Position numbers and translations under genes: made by a program
Shown here: positions 1 to 14,020 of the stretch, one piece after another
Position numbering within the stretch: the first letter of the stretch is position 1
Layout: each line of letters opens with the position of its first letter
NCBI GenBank assembly: GCA_026770705.1
Contig: JANJGN010000035.1
Coordinates: forward strand, 8,556,001-8,620,000
Direction of reading: 5' to 3'
Source of the DNA: Isurus oxyrinchus
Lineage: Eukaryota
Length of the DNA stretch: 64,000 nucleotides
Notes under the pieces: model-generated
What the model was told of the DNA's origin: nothing
Databases searched by the model: none
The model's input: only the letters and a program-made list of their open reading frames with translations

Positions 1-103
1 TGCGGATAAATCACAAAATGTTGATGCTTTTCAAACGTCACACTGTTACTAAAAAAAATAGTTAACGGAGAAAATTATTCTTATAGGCATCTAGTCAAAA
101 AAC

Positions 104-900
104 TCAAATCACGTCCACAGGACTCCCTCTAACCACCGAGGGACAAAAACCCTGACCTCCAACTCCCCAACACACACTGACTCCCGACCACCAAACCCCA
201 TTAAGTCTCCTCTCCCCCATTCCCCTGCAGCTGAGACCCCGTTCCAATTCCACCCAACTTCTGAAATGCCCTTCCACCCCCAATCGCCAACTGCCGGCAT
301 TCTCCAATTCAACCACTCCCACGACAATTTGTCTCAATTATATCACCGTCGGAATCCCACGCCCCACACCCGAACCTCCGAGTGCCCCACCCATCCGCCC
401 TTGTGGTCCAAAGCCCTATCATGATGCAACAATGCACTACGGAATCTGTACTTCATCATCCCCAGCACTGGCACTTCTCCAAACCGGACCTCAGATGACA
501 GCAAAACCCCCCACTCTCCACGCCACCAAACCACACGCGACATTCTGAATATCCTCTCCTCTCGACCTCCCCCAAAGTGTGACTTCTGTAACCATCTCCC
601 CTTAACGCAGAAGCCTCACAACCCCCGAATCGCTGCTCAATGCCCGCACCCCCTGTTATTGATCCTCCACCCCACCACACCCGCAAATCCACCACAGCAA
701 TGCGTTCCCACTTGTCTTATGCAATTTTCTCCTCCCTCCTCTGTCAATTCCAGTGCCTGTTTATGTTCCCAGTTTAAAGGCAGCTAGGACCGCACAGGAT
801 GGCGGAATGTCAGGATATCCTTGAATCCTCTGGATGTGCTATTTTTTGGGTCCTGCGAGGTGCCTTGCGTGCAGCCCTCCAGCAGTACTGAAGAACTGAT
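104..900. repeat. C-rich degenerate interspersed repeat (unclassified)
   Basis: Strong C skew with loose CCAC/CCCC units; similar composition at 22730-23010. Confidence 0.35.
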
Positions 901-1249
901 GTGACAGCGAAATATTCAAGTGCACTTATGTCTGCATTTATTTACCATCACGCCTGCTGGCCATCTCTTTGAGAATGTAATTGGAATTCAGCAATTTTTC
1001 AACTGATTTTCTCCATTCTTAACAATGAAAAGAACTGTGGAAGTGCAAACAGGGCAGATACGCTGCAAAACGAGGCCAGGTAAATCATCAGGAATCGTGT
1101 TTTTGATGTTTGTTGCAAGATAAGGTGCTTTTTCACCTAACTTCAGTGGCCCGAAGTGTATACTTTATATTGTGTGCCTTCTATGAAATTTCCCACATGT
1201 CATTTAAATAATGTTGCTGTTTTGAGTAAATAAAGCATAATGAGAACCA

Positions 1250-1460
1250 GAAGACCATTAGACTTAGGAGCAGAAAAAGACCTTTCAGCTCATAATGTCT
1301 GCTCGGCAATTCAATGCCATCATAACTGATCGTATACTTTTCAATTCCACACTCCTGCTTTTTTCAATTACCATCCATGCCCTTACTTTCCACCTCATCC
1401 TCGAATATTCTTAAGAAGCCAGTCAGTAAAACCCTCTGCTGTAAATAATCCCCCAGATAT
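1250..1460 (-). mobile_element. CR1 LINE (family A) 3' end fragment
   Basis: accattagacttaggagcagaaaaagacctttcagctc...ctgctcggcaattcaatgccatcataactgatc resembles the reverse complement of CR1 3' ends; same motif at 21785. Confidence 0.65.
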
Positions 1461-1469
1461 ATGCGTGTA

Positions 1470-2690
1470 ATAGACTGCGAAATTAGTATTGGAAAAGATA
1501 GTTAATGAACAATGGCAGACGTTAAAGGAAATGGTTCTTGACTCAAAAGAAAAACATATCCTAGTGAGGACGAAGGGTTCTAGAAATGGGACAAAGCAAA
1601 GTTGGTTAAGGAAGCAAGTTAAGGATAACATTAAATTCATATAAATAAAAAAACAGAAATGTAGAACATATTAGATGTAAGCCAGATGATTGGGAAAGTT
1701 TAAAAAAAAAAACAGCAGACAATGACACAAACATTATGAAAGGGGAGATAGTAAAGTTTGATGATAAACTAGCAAGTAATATAGCAATAACATGGCAGTA
1801 AGAGCTCCTTTAAGATATAGAAGGGAAGTGAGTGGCCAAAGTGAACATAGGCCCTTTAGAAAATGAGGCTTGGAAAATGATAATGGGGAAGCAGGAAATT
1901 TCAGAGGAGTTAAATAAATGTTTTGCATCAGTCTTAAAGTTAAAATGCATTATTAGATTTACAAAAAGTATTAAATAATCAAGGGGAATGGGGAGGGAGT
2001 GATAAATACAACTTCAAGCACTACAGGAAAAATGTAGTAGGGCAACTACTGGGCCTAAAGCCGATATATGTCCCGGCCATGATGGGCCGCATTCTGGGAT
2101 ATCAAAGGTAAAATCTACAAAGATAATGGATGCAACTGAAGTAATCTTCCAAGGACCCTTAGTGTCAGGGCAAACATCCAGGGATTGGGACGCTACCAAT
2201 CTAATATTCATATGCAAAAAGGGACGGAGACATACAAATGTAACTGTAGACCAGTTAGATTAACATCTGTCATTCGTCAAATGTTAGAGTATTATAAAAA
2301 GGGTGTAATAAGAAACCATTTAGAAATACATAATATAATGAAACAGTGTTATCATGGCTTCATGAATGGGAAATCATGACTGGGAAATGTGTTACAGTTC
2401 TTTGAAGAGGTGACAAGCTGGATAGATAAAAGGGAACCAGGAGATATAATATATTTGCATGTTCAAACAGTGTTCGAGAAAGCATCACACATATTTACTG
2501 TCTGAATAAAATAAGAGCACATTCAATTGGAGATAGCATATTAGGATGAATAGAGCTTTGACTAACCAATGGATGGCAGAAAGTTGTGGTAATGGGGCAT
2601 TGTCAATTGGAAAATGGTAAACAATGGAGTACGACAGGGATCATTGCTGGGGCCACAGTTGCTTACAATATTAAATGATTAGGATGTTCT
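1470..2690 (+). mobile_element. CR1 LINE (family A) ORF2 reverse-transcriptase fragment, degenerate
   Basis: Translates to NCRPVRLTSV...HGFMNGKS and later a GV.QGSLLGP-like motif; many stops and frameshifts. Confidence 0.85.
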
Positions 2691-3915
2691 GTGCCCTACA
2701 ATATAGCTTATGTTACAGTAACTACTCCCAACAGTGCCTTATTCACCATCGTATACCTTATCCCCCCCTTATGGATTCTACATCTCCAATCCAAATTTTT
2801 TTGTTGATATGGTATTGGATATGACATAAATATTTTGAATTATCGTAAGCTGTTTCTTTTCAGCCATTTACCCCAGAATAAATTATTTGTTAACGAAGTA
2901 TCTGTGATTATATACCTTCAGAAATTTCCCTACACTAAGTGCAAGAGCAACAGAAGCATGGGAAGTTCACTACCTCTGTGTTGGCCAACAATCCACAAAC
3001 GGCTAAATGCTATAAAATGCACATGGATAACTGCATATTTTTCATTATTGACCAATTCCTCTTCTCAATGTCACAAAGTATTTTAACATTTCTATCATTT
3101 AGATTTCAATTACAAAATACAAGTTTTAAACTATGTTTGTTGACACACTTAACTTCCTCCAAAACCCAGCAAACTCATGTGAAGCCATATGAAAGCCATT
3201 ATTGATGAGAGGTGACAAATACATTCTGCATAATCTTACGTCCGCTCCCGTTAGCTACATTCCCCTGTCCTTCCAAAGTGAATGGATCGCCACATGTTAA
3301 GGCCCTCTCCATACAATTCTGCCAGTTGTTGTTTCACCTGGTAGTTTACTCTCGAACTTGAGAGCCCATAGTCATTACACTGAGGCACAAATCATAATCA
3401 GCTATGCATGGTGTTTCTTAGCTTTCTCCACCCTTCAATGCGTGCATGCTCAGTCGCTCATCATATTCAAGACATTGAAGATTAGACTCCAATGAAATCA
3501 GGGTTATGGATTTGTGGGTGACTAAGTGTGATGGAGTTCAACGATAAGCCATAAGATAAATGAAACGTTTGCAAAAAAACTTGGCCAATTACTATAATAG
3601 GAATAAAACATTGATGCCAGGAAATGTGCAGAAATTTTATAAGTAAATATGCTTCAGATAATAAGAATTGAAATGATATTGTTTGAAATTATTTGGTCGG
3701 AGAAAATGTCAACATGTCTTCATCCACTCTCCTTATTTACTGTGTGAACTCTAATAGCTGCTAATTATTCCATCTATTTCTCTGACTTTCCATAGATTTA
3801 CAGCACTTAAACCATTTACGCATCGTTTTCAGACAGATTTCAGCGGGTAGTTTCTGAAAGCAGAAAGTTTGCTGACAATTCTAATATATGTCCTTCTCGT
3901 CGCTTCACCTTTTAG

Positions 3916-4009
3916 GTATGTTGAAGAACCTACACAGAAAACAGGAGTTACAAGAGAAACTCCAGGATTTACTTTTGTCACCAGTGGAAAGAAAAGGAAA
4001 TTGCTCACG
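3916..4009 (+). pseudogene. GTPase exon A: (W)YVEEPTQKTGVTRETPGFTFVTSGKKRKLLT
   Basis: Acceptor ccttttag| and donor |gtgagt; 94 bp, phase 2 to phase 0; open frame; lies just downstream of where Walker A is expected in EHD-like GTPases. Confidence 0.88.
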
Positions 4010-4527
4010 GTGAGTGACCCCATGAATTTATGCAGAACATCGGTCCTTTCTGTGGTTTTATTAGTTGCTTGTGGGTAAGTTCAATGAGCAGGAAGCCACA
4101 CTTGGTGTATTATAGTGGCTTCTCTTTAAGCAGGACAACAGAAGTTATGATCTTCTTTGTCGACCTATGAGCGCATTGCACTGTTCCACTGACTCCCAAA
4201 GCCACTGAAAAGAAACTTTTGAAATATTCTGGGAGCGCCACCAAATGTTCAGACGCAGTTACATTGCCCCATCCTGGAACGACACTCACTCCTGAGTGCA
4301 TAGAAACGACACAGTTCTAAGTTGTATATCAAAACAGACAATTGATTCTTGTGGACAATTATCGTCTGATAGGAACAAATACAACATGCACCATTAATGA
4401 AGACTGGATAGTTACTTGCGTACCTCAGTACTTGACCAAAAATCAAAACCTTGCATACAATGTTCATTGTTATAAAACAACTAGGTTGAGCTTTTGTTGC
4501 TACTAATCCGTGTCTATGTTTGCACAG

Positions 4528-4582
4528 GGCAATGCAATGCTCCATCTTTACCCACACTTCCAGGCTCTGGAACAGATGGAAG
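4528..4582 (+). pseudogene. GTPase exon B: GNAMLHLYPHFQALEQME(G)
   Basis: Acceptor tgtttgcacag| and donor |gtacat; 55 bp, phase 0 to phase 1, matching both neighbours. The GNA motif is typical of EHD-like proteins. Not in the ORF track. Confidence 0.85.
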
Positions 4583-5559
4583 GTACATTCCGACGTGTTA
4601 GTAATATTGTAAAGAGCAGAAAGGGGGATTGGTGTCTCTCATCGTACTGATTACCTGAACGGGATATTATTCAACAATTATATTAATTGTTTTTCAATGG
4701 TCTGACCATGTGCAGATTTATTGAAGGTTCTGAATTATGCAAATTTAACAGGTTAAATAAATGTGAATAGAGATGTTGAGCGCCTGCCCTATTAGATGAA
4801 AAAAAAACATAGAATGATGCAACGTAAAGAAAACTTTGTCTGGTATGACGCATACTTGAAATATTCTGCTGATTGGCTGATTTTTGAGCAGCGCTTACGT
4901 TGTAAGTTTTTGTATTTCTCTCTTGGTGTTAGAAAAAAGCAGCATAAGTCACAAATGATTTGAAGTGCGGGAAGATAAGAACGAGGAAGGAACAGAAGGA
5001 CGTCAAATGAAACAGAGAATCATATAGCATTGAAGTAGCATATTTGGCCCATAGCGCCTGAGACAGCCAAATAAGTGCCAGCCGACGTAATTCCACTGTG
5101 CACTTATTAGACAGTTTCCCTGCAATTAGATGATCCTCAAGTGGGCATAGAGTAAACAAGTGTTACGAGGTCTTTAGCCTTTGCCTTTCAAAAAGTGAAG
5201 TCCAAACACTCAACGCCTTCTCTGTGAAAGTAAAATCGTCAGAACCAAGTTAATCATAAATCAATTTACAATAAATCTGATCTCACTGCTTACTGGTATT
5301 CCTGCTAAAATAAGCTCTTATATAGTCCTCCCTGTCGACACAATTTAAATTTATTATTTTGTAAATTGCTTCAATTAAACATGCCCTCAGCTTTTTGCTC
5401 CAGATGGAATACAAGAATATCCAATCCATCCTCCTCGCCAACAAAGCACCACTCGTGTCATCATTCTCGTAAACCTCCTCTTGGCTTTCCCTACTGAGAT
5501 CACATCCATCCTGTTATGCAATGACATGAAGTAAAATTGATGCCTAAACGAATAAAATC

Positions 5560-6540
5560 AATGCAACACAGAAAACGTGGGAAATATTGGCCAGCTCAGG
5601 CAGAAAAAGAAAGCGTTTGATGTTGACAAGGACAGATCATCAGATCTGATGAAAGAGAGTAACTGATTATATTTTGAGAATGTTGAAAGTCTGGGTGTTG
5701 GAGAGTGGATGAAAATAAACGGATTTCTGAGATAGAGCTGAGTGAAGAAGGGGTGAAGTTTCAAAGATGATTCTTGGTAACATGGAAAACAAGTGAACCA
5801 AGTATGCATCTAGTTGATAGGCGAATTGTTGTATAACAATGCACTGAACCTGAAATGAATGAATAAACAAATGATTATCACCACAGAATCAAAGAAACAG
5901 AGATATTAAGCAGAGTGGCGAAGAAGAAGGCATTCAAAATAATTGAACTTTGTGATGAGTTAATTTGCCTGTAAAGGCCACAATTCAAATATGAGATATT
6001 GCTCTCCGGGATTGCATTGGCAATCATTGGAAAATTATACGTGAGAGAAACTATGTCAATTGCAATCTCAAGTGAGATGAAGTTATTGCCATGCATTGAC
6101 TCTGAAGGGAAGTGATCTGAAAAATTATCCCCCGATCTCGGTTTTGTCTTCCAAACTCCATGGGATCAACTTGTGCTGCGAATATTTGTCAATGAATTGA
6201 GAAAAAATATTGAAGTGAAACAGTATTTTTGCTGGAAGCAAAACTGTGGCCTTGGATGTTGGGAAGACAGGAGACAAAAGAGCGGATGTTGTATCATTTC
6301 CGTTTACAAGCGAACGTGACCTGGTTAGGGAATGGCTGATGGCCTTGGCTGAGCTGCGGACGACTGTGTCACAGAGGGACTACTTTCTTCGAAATTCTGA
6401 CATTGGACGGTGGGCAACTATTTGTTGGAATGATGGTCAATATGAAGGAAAATATGGAGGATGATCCATTGAATGGTAAGGCCAGTGCTCAGGACAAAAT
6501 GATGAATGACGGAGAACAATGTTGAGGGATAGAGATTGTA
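5560..6540 (-). mobile_element. Penelope-like element fragment (terminal repeat plus degenerate coding region)
   Basis: Reverse complement of 5570-5660 matches the Penelope-type terminus seen at 56420-56550; purine-rich degenerate body. Confidence 0.5.
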
Positions 6541-6749
6541 AAAGTTTTAATGACAGAACATGCTGCGCTGGGGGTGGGGATTGGGGGGGTGTGGGGGGCG
6601 CTGCTGGCTGCCTTTGGTGACGTTCGCCAGGTATTTAATTGTGTAGTTTTTAAGGGGGTATCAATAAATTCGCCTGATGAGGAAACTAGAAGCCTTACCA
6701 GAAACAGTAGCACAAGAACGCTAAATGGAGTGCTACCCAAACCTACTCA

Positions 6750-7700
6750 ATGATCAAACTCCTCAACGTGTCTGTACTTCTTCTCACATTGAACAATGTT
6801 GCATTTAAAAGCACTCGAATTCTGTAAATCAAATACATTTTCATGAACGACCACAATTGATCCCAGCTATTCGAATTTTTGGTTGTCTTATTTCGAACAC
6901 TGCACACCTACTCAGGACCTTTCCTTCTTACTTTCGTATTTCCTTTATTGCACGTTGATAGGCATTTGCTGCTGGTCCGTGTTCTCTCCAAGCACTCAAA
7001 TTTTCATTATCTTTGTTCCGAATTGTCAACCCTTTCTCAACTTCAGTTATTCAATCAGTAGCCTTTCACGTCCCTTCCTGCATATTTCTATCCACAATTC
7101 TCGAGATGGTTATTCAATTAACACTCACAGTAAGCTGAGGGATCCCACAGATAGCTCCATTATGTTTCGACAAATTCCGATTCCACTGCAGAGGTAACTC
7201 CATTTTCCCATAATTCTTCATGTCATTTTCAACTCTTCTGAAAATGCAGGATTCCATATTTGCTTTTTGAATTGGGCTCCCACTTTTCCCAACCCGATGG
7301 TCCAGTCGAAATATGTTGCAATGCCCTCTGCAACGGCCTTTTGAAAGAAACAGTTCTGCTCTCATCCGTTTTTTCTTCCCTCCCAAAATCATTATAAAGC
7401 TGTTCCTGCACTCATTTTCCACTCCAGACACTTCCGCATTTAAAGGATCACCTCCTCTGTTTCCATGCAATCACAAAGCACACCTTCTGCTGCCCTCCAC
7501 TTTCAACTTTCCAAAGATTTACTTTCGTTCTACCTTGGTCCACTCCTCTACCAAATAAAAAACCACTCTCACAATCCGATTATATCTTTTCGTGCATGTA
7601 TAGGCGATGCAGCTGTTAAAATTTTTTCCTCTCTCATGAACAACAATGCAAGGGCACAAACACAACTTGCATGTGAAATATTTGTTAATCTATGATTATT
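6750..7700 (+). mobile_element. Penelope-like element RT fragment, degenerate
   Basis: cttctcacattgaacaat (LLTLNN), cccagctat (PSY), and FRQIPIP/cattccattctcccagtt-like segments typical of Penelope RT. Confidence 0.6.
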
Positions 7701-7769
7701 TTTACATTGTGCTTAAAGTATTCAATTTGGCCGTAACTAAATGCTGAGTAGTTAGCCATCTCAGCCTCC

Positions 7770-9190
7770 CTCAGAGGGCCTCAGTGTCACAGAGGCAAAT
7801 TTTAGCTAACTTGATTCACCCCACTTCTCATCGCGCAAATGTTTAAGACACTGAATGCTGCAAAAGCGATGGGCCCTGTTATCATTCCGGCAATAGTACC
7901 GAAATTCTGTGATCCAGGTCTTGTCGCAGTCCTACCCAAGCTATTCCAGCAAAAGGAAGGCGCAGGCTTCGAGCCAACGGGGTGTAAAATTGTCCAAGTG
8001 CGGCCTGTTCAGAAACATAAATGGCAAATCCAACCCTGGCAATTAAAGTCACATCAGTGTATTCTGGATGATCGGTAACCTGAAGCAAGGTGTCAACCAA
8101 AGTCTTATATAGCTGCATTTGCTGAGCAAAAATCTGCTCACTGATGACAAGTTTAGTATCGACCATGCCCACTCAACACTTGAACTCATTACAGCATTTT
8201 TTAAACATGGGGAAAAGAGCTGAACTCCAGACGTGATTTGAGAAAGTTGGGCATTTACATCAAGGACGCATTTGGCCGACTGTGGCGGCAAGGAGTCATG
8301 GCCAAACTGGAGCCATTGGTAATCAATGGGCAAACTCTCCGCTGGGTGTAGTCTTACCGATCACAAATGAGGATGTTTGTGGCTGTTGGAGGGCAGGCCT
8401 CATATTTCCAGGAAATCATTGTAGGAGTTCCTGACAGTGGTGGTCCAAGCCAAAACAAATTCAGCTGCTTCATCAATGATTCCAAATAATGTCAGAAGAG
8501 GGGATGATAGCACAATTCTTGCACCATGTAGGACTCCATCGATATAGGTGCAGCCCATGTGAAAATCCAAATGACATTGTGAGAATCCAGGCTTGGGCTG
8601 GCAATTGCCAAGTAACTTTTGTGCCACAAAACGACAATTCAAGGACGTATGATCCTTGACTTTGAATAGCATTACGATCGCTGAATCCCCAAGTAGCAAA
8701 ATCCCAGAGGGTACTATTGGCCATAAACGAACCTTCAATAGTAACATGAATGCTGTGTGTAGAACAGTAGGTCAGAAGATAGGAATCCTGCGGCGTATAA
8801 CCGACCTGGCGACTCCCCAAAACCTGTCCACAATCTACAAGGCACAACTCTAAACCTTGATGGAATACTCAGCACTTGCCTGGATAACTGCAGATGCAAC
8901 AGCACTCAACAATCTTGACACCATCCAGAAGGAAGCAGCCTGATGAATGCAACCGCACCCATAAACATTGGCCCCTCCCCCCCACACACCCCCCAATAAC
9001 CGCCCCCCCCAGCCGCCCCCCCTCGCCCCCCGCCCACCCCCCCCCCCCCCCCCACCTCACCACCACTGGTATACTGTATCAGCACTATCTAGCATCCAGA
9101 AGAAGCTCTAAAGAAAATCAGCAAGGATCCTTAGGCAGTACATTCCAAAGCCAAGTGTACTAACAACAAGAATGACATGGGGAGCAAATG
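7770..9190 (+). mobile_element. CR1-group LINE family B, 3' half of ORF2
   Basis: KTLNAAKAMGP..IPAIV, SCFIND and TPQNLSTIYKAQ motifs; degenerate. Confidence 0.85.
8971..9060. repeat. Poly-C / C-rich low-complexity tract
   Basis: Several runs of 7 or more C, the longest about 17, inside the LINE copy. Confidence 0.9.
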
Positions 9191-9199
9191 TGGGCTAAG

Positions 9200-11940
9200 C
9201 TGGCTTGGCCAACATTTCATGGCCATCTCTCGTTGAGGAGGTGTTCGGAATAGGCATCCTTGAACCGCAGTGGTCCATTTGGTGCACGTACACACACAGT
9301 GCTGAGAGGTAGGAATTTGTAGAATTTTGACCCAGAGACAATGGAGGAGCGGCAACATATTTCTAGGTCAGGGTAATGAGTGACTTGGAGAGTAACTTCC
9401 AGGTGGTGCATTTCTCACCTTTCTGCTTCACTTGACCTTCCAGATGGTATTGATGGTGCGTTTGGGAAGTGCTGTCTAAGGAGCCTAGGTGAATTCCTGC
9501 AGTGCTCCTTGTACATGGTGTATGCTGCTGCTATTAGGCATCGTTGGTTGAGTTTGTTGACGTTTGTGGAGGTGGTATCATTCTGTGGTATCAACTTCAT
9601 TCAGTGTTGTAGGAGCTGCACTCATCCAAGATAATGGGGAGTCTTCCATCCAACTGTTGACTTGTGCCCTGTAGGTGTTGGGCAGAATTTGCAAAGTCAG
9701 GACGTGGATTATTTACCACACAATTCCTTGCCCCTGACCCGCTGTTGTAGGCATAGTGTGGATATGGCTAGACCAGTTCATCTTCAGGACAATGGATATT
9801 TATATTGTAGATTCAGTGATGATTGTGCCATTGAACGTCAAGGGATGGTGGCTGGAGCCTCTTGTTGGAGATAGCCATTGTCTGGTGCTTGAGTGATGCG
9901 AATGTTACCTGACACTTGTCAGCCCAAGCCGGGATATTGCTGCATTTCGGCATGGACTGCTACAGTGGCCAATAACTCAGGAATCGCGCGAGACATTGTG
10001 CAAACTTCAGCAAACGTGCCCACTTCAAAGAACTGGACGTAAAAAAGGTAATTGATGAAGCAGCTGGAAAATACTGGGCCTAGAAAATGTCACTGATGAG
10101 CTACTGCAGTGATGCCCTGGAGCTGAGGTGCCTGACCTCCAACAACAACAACCATTTTCATTTGTGCTGCGAATGAATCCAACCAATGGACAATTATGTC
10201 CCTCATCCCCATTGACTGAAGTTTTGAAAGGGCTCTTTGGTGCCACACTTTGTCAAAGGTGGCCTTGCCGTCAAGGACTGTTATTCGCAAATCATGTCGC
10301 TAGTTCAGCTCTGTGTTACATGTTTCAATTAAATCTTTAACGATGTCAGGAACTGAGTGAATTTGGCGGAACCCAAACTCAGCCTCATTGAGCAGGTTCA
10401 CATTGGGTGCATGTTGATTATGTCTTCCGTTACGTTACTAGTGATCATGAGTAGCTGCTGTAATTGCCAGTTAAGATTTGTCCAGCTATCTGTGTACAGG
10501 TCATGCCTGGGTAATTTTCCACATAGCCAGAGAGATACCAGTTTTGTAGCTACATCGGAAATCTTTATCTAGGGATGCAGCTACTTCTGGAGCACGTGTG
10601 TTAAGTACTAATGCAAGAATACTGTCAGGGCTCACACCCTTTTCATCATCCGGTGCCTTTTGCGATTTCAAGACATCACGTGGGTACATAGAACTATCTC
10701 AGTGCTGATATAGGTGAATGCGTAGTTGGATCGTGCACTCTGGCTAAATATTGCGGCAAATGCTCCATCTTATTTTTGCACTAATGTGCTTGGCTCCCCC
10801 ATGATTGAGGACGGCAATAAATGTGTTCCCTCCTCCTCCAGTAGGATGTTAACTTGGGCACAAGCACTGCTGACTGGATGTGGCAGGACAGCAGAACTTA
10901 GATCTGATCTGCTGGTCATGTGATCTCCTATCTCTGTTCTTCTCTTGCTGCTAATGCTGTTTGACATGCAGGAAGTCCTGTGTAATACCTTCGCGAGGCT
11001 GACAACTCTATTTATATTTAGATATGGCTCCTGCTGCTCCTTGCATTCCTTCCCAATGTCTTCATTGAACCAGGCCTGATACCGTAGACTGAATGAAATG
11101 ATAGAGTGGAGGATATTCCGGGCAATGAGATTACTTGTTGTGTTCGAGCACAAATCTGCAACTTCTGTTGGCTGCAGCACTTCCTGCGTGCCGTGTCTGG
11201 AGGTGCTACGTCATTTCAAATTAAATCCCATTTTTCACTGCAGTAGCGGTACACAACACGATGGGCGGTATCTTCAAAATGGAGGCGGGACTATGCCTCT
11301 ACAGTGACAGTTCGGTCCTCATTCCTAACGATACTATCATGGAGGATGCATCTGTGGCAGTCAGGATGGTGAGGATGAGATCAGGTATGCTTTTGCCTCT
11401 TGTTGGCTTCCTCATCTCCTGCTACTGACCAAATCCAGCAACTATGTTACTTAGAATTAGGAGAACTCCACCGGTTGTGGGGCTCCCGAGCCACTCTTGG
11501 TGATGGACATTGATGTCCCCGAACCGGAACACACTGTACGCTCTTACCCCCATCAGTTCTTCTTCCAAGCGGTGTTCAACATGGAGGAGCACTGATTCAT
11601 CAGATGTTGCAGTGTGGTACGTGAAAATCAGCAGGAGGTTTCCTTGCCCATGTTTACCATCATGTCATGTTATTTCAGGGGGTCCACAGCCAATGATGAG
11701 GGCTCCTAGAGCAACTTCCCTCCGACTGCATACCAATCAACCGCCACCGTTGCTGCACCTGTCCTGCTGGGGGACAGGACCTAACCAGGGATGGTGAACA
11801 CTGTGACAAACTAAATTAGATATGATTCTGTGAGGATTATGCAATGTTGCTTCTTCACTAACCTGTATGAAAACGCTCCTAATTTTGGCACTAGCACCCA
11901 GATTTTAGTAATGAGGAGTTTGCAGGGCCAACAGGACTGA
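9200..11940 (-). mobile_element. CR1-group LINE family B, near-complete degenerate ORF2
   Basis: Minus-strand RITVLDGKATFDKVWHQRALSKLQSMG and QAWFNE..KECKEQ motifs; 3' tail near 9200. Confidence 0.85.
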
Positions 11941-12039
11941 TTATGTTGTCATTACCATTGCCTAGGTTTATGTCTGTTGGCCCATCCAATATCACCGATT
12001 TGTTCAGACCACGTAGAGGATTGATACAACAGAGTGTTT

Positions 12040-12330
12040 TTGATAGGCAACTTCAGAATGTATTCATGATTGAACCACATTCCTCTTGGTTTGGCCGTTA
12101 TGTGGCCCAGATCGGAAAAGGGCAACGGATTTGCTTCCATCATGACATTTGCGAATGAGAAAGCATTTTAAACAAGTCAACGGTTTCATATTCAGCATCA
12201 GAGTTTAAGTTCCATGTTTTTTATTGAATTAAAATTCTACCATCTGCCCTGGTGGCATTCGGACTCTGGCATCCAAAGCATTAGCGTGGATCTTTAGCTT
12301 AATTTTTCAACAACAAAATACCACGCAAAT
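12040..12330 (-). mobile_element. tRNA-type SINE, shark family
   Basis: Reverse complement resembles the SINE at 20540-20880. Confidence 0.55.
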
Positions 12331-13302
12331 GCCAACCATTCACTTATTGGATTTTTTCATTCAAGCCACTCACCTTCCTGACTTGCAAATGTATGGCTGT
12401 TCCTTCACTGTTGCTGCTTTTAAATCCTGGAGTTCTCTCCTTAACAGCCATGTTAGCGCACCTAAATTTTAACAGCATGCATTGCTGGACTCTAATAATC
12501 GAATATATAGGTTAGTTCATGTGTCAAAGCAGTCCTTACTTAATAATCAGAGATAACCAGAAATGTAGCCATTGCACAGAATTTAGAAGGTGGAATGGAA
12601 AGCAAAAGATGAATAAAGAGGGGAAGAAGAACCTAAATGGAAAAGAAGCAAAATGATAAATATTAAATCTTTAATAAGCAAGAGAAATAAGGAATATTTA
12701 GTGTAATTAAGCATGTATTCGGAATTAAAATTAGAGTACAAATTAAATAACTAATATAGAAAGGAACAATAAATTTATTGAGGAAAACAGATGAACATAA
12801 CTCAGGTGCGAAATAAACGGGACAGGTTGGGGGTGTCCGTGGTTATTGTGGAAGAGAAAATATACGAGGTATGCATAGAGACTAAATCGAAAAGAAGTGC
12901 ACCTCGGTGGGAAGTACACGCTAAGCATATGCAATAACTATTGAATATTCTGTGCGAAGGGGCCTAACATGATAGAGTCCGCAGCGTCAAATAAAATTGC
13001 AACAGACAAAATACAAACAAAATGGAAAATGGGAATGGCATAAACAGTTCAATAACAATTTCCTATCAAGGCACGCTACGCTTGGTCAGTCAACAATTTT
13101 TTGATGCAACAATTAGCTTCCAATATGCAATGAAAATGCAGGGGGTGAGCAGTTAAACAGTAACTTAGAGATGAAAATCCAAGGAAACAAAGATACCTGA
13201 TTCATTCGTCTTTGAGTGAATATCGAAGATTATTAAATTTCCAAATTAATGGATCCCAGAAAACTTTGAGTATCGTAAGTCAGGAGCACATGGCAGATTG
13301 AG

Positions 13303-13346
13303 CGGGGGGGGCGGGGGGGGGGGGGGGGGGGGGGGCGGGGGGGGGG
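13303..13346 (+). repeat. Poly-G tract (G-quadruplex-capable)
   Basis: About 43 nt, almost all G, interrupted by single C residues. Confidence 0.9.
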
Positions 13347-14020
13347 AGTTCATATGAGCGGCTAAAATAAAGATGACACATTTCGAATCCTTGCATTCCA
13401 TGTCCCATAAGAGAGCAGATCAGAAGCAAGGGTGTGATGGATGAAATAGCAATATTGCAGGACAGCCGAAGGCAGTGTTTCATCGTTGTACTAAGATACA
13501 CCATTATATCATCTAAAAGTCATGAAGAGAAAACGAAGATGTTCGCGGTCATACTGGAGTTCAATGGGTTTTCGGGGTGAAGAGTATGTTAATTTTTGGT
13601 GGCATTGGAAGGGTGTTGGGGTCCAATTATGTCGGGGGAAGTTCCGTGGAGTGTCAGACATTTCAGTGCAATGGAGGCGCAGAATCTAGACGTGTCTTTG
13701 GTTTATTTTCTCTTTTTTATGCATAGCAATTGATGCAACATACTTGAAACAAGCCTAAGGGAAAAAGTTGCAAAAGGGTAAAGTTTGCACATTAGTTTTG
13801 GGTTTATTTATGTTTCATAAATCCCAACTATTTTATGACATGTCCTAAATATGCAAAAAAAATGTGATGTGAAATGATGGACAATAAAAGGAAGGACATC
13901 TGGAAAGGAAAACCTTTGAATTTCAAAACACCAAGAATTGAACTCGAAAGTTGCGTTCTGAGACACCCGTTACAAATGTTAGTTTGGCTTCTGATGGCAC
14001 TCCTTTTGGTGCTCGTACAG

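Noticed and set aside
1250-2690. Twin-priming (5'-inverted) CR1 insertion
   Set aside because: The two pieces are not adjacent in the element (several hundred bp missing) and no TSD is visible; independent insertions are as likely.
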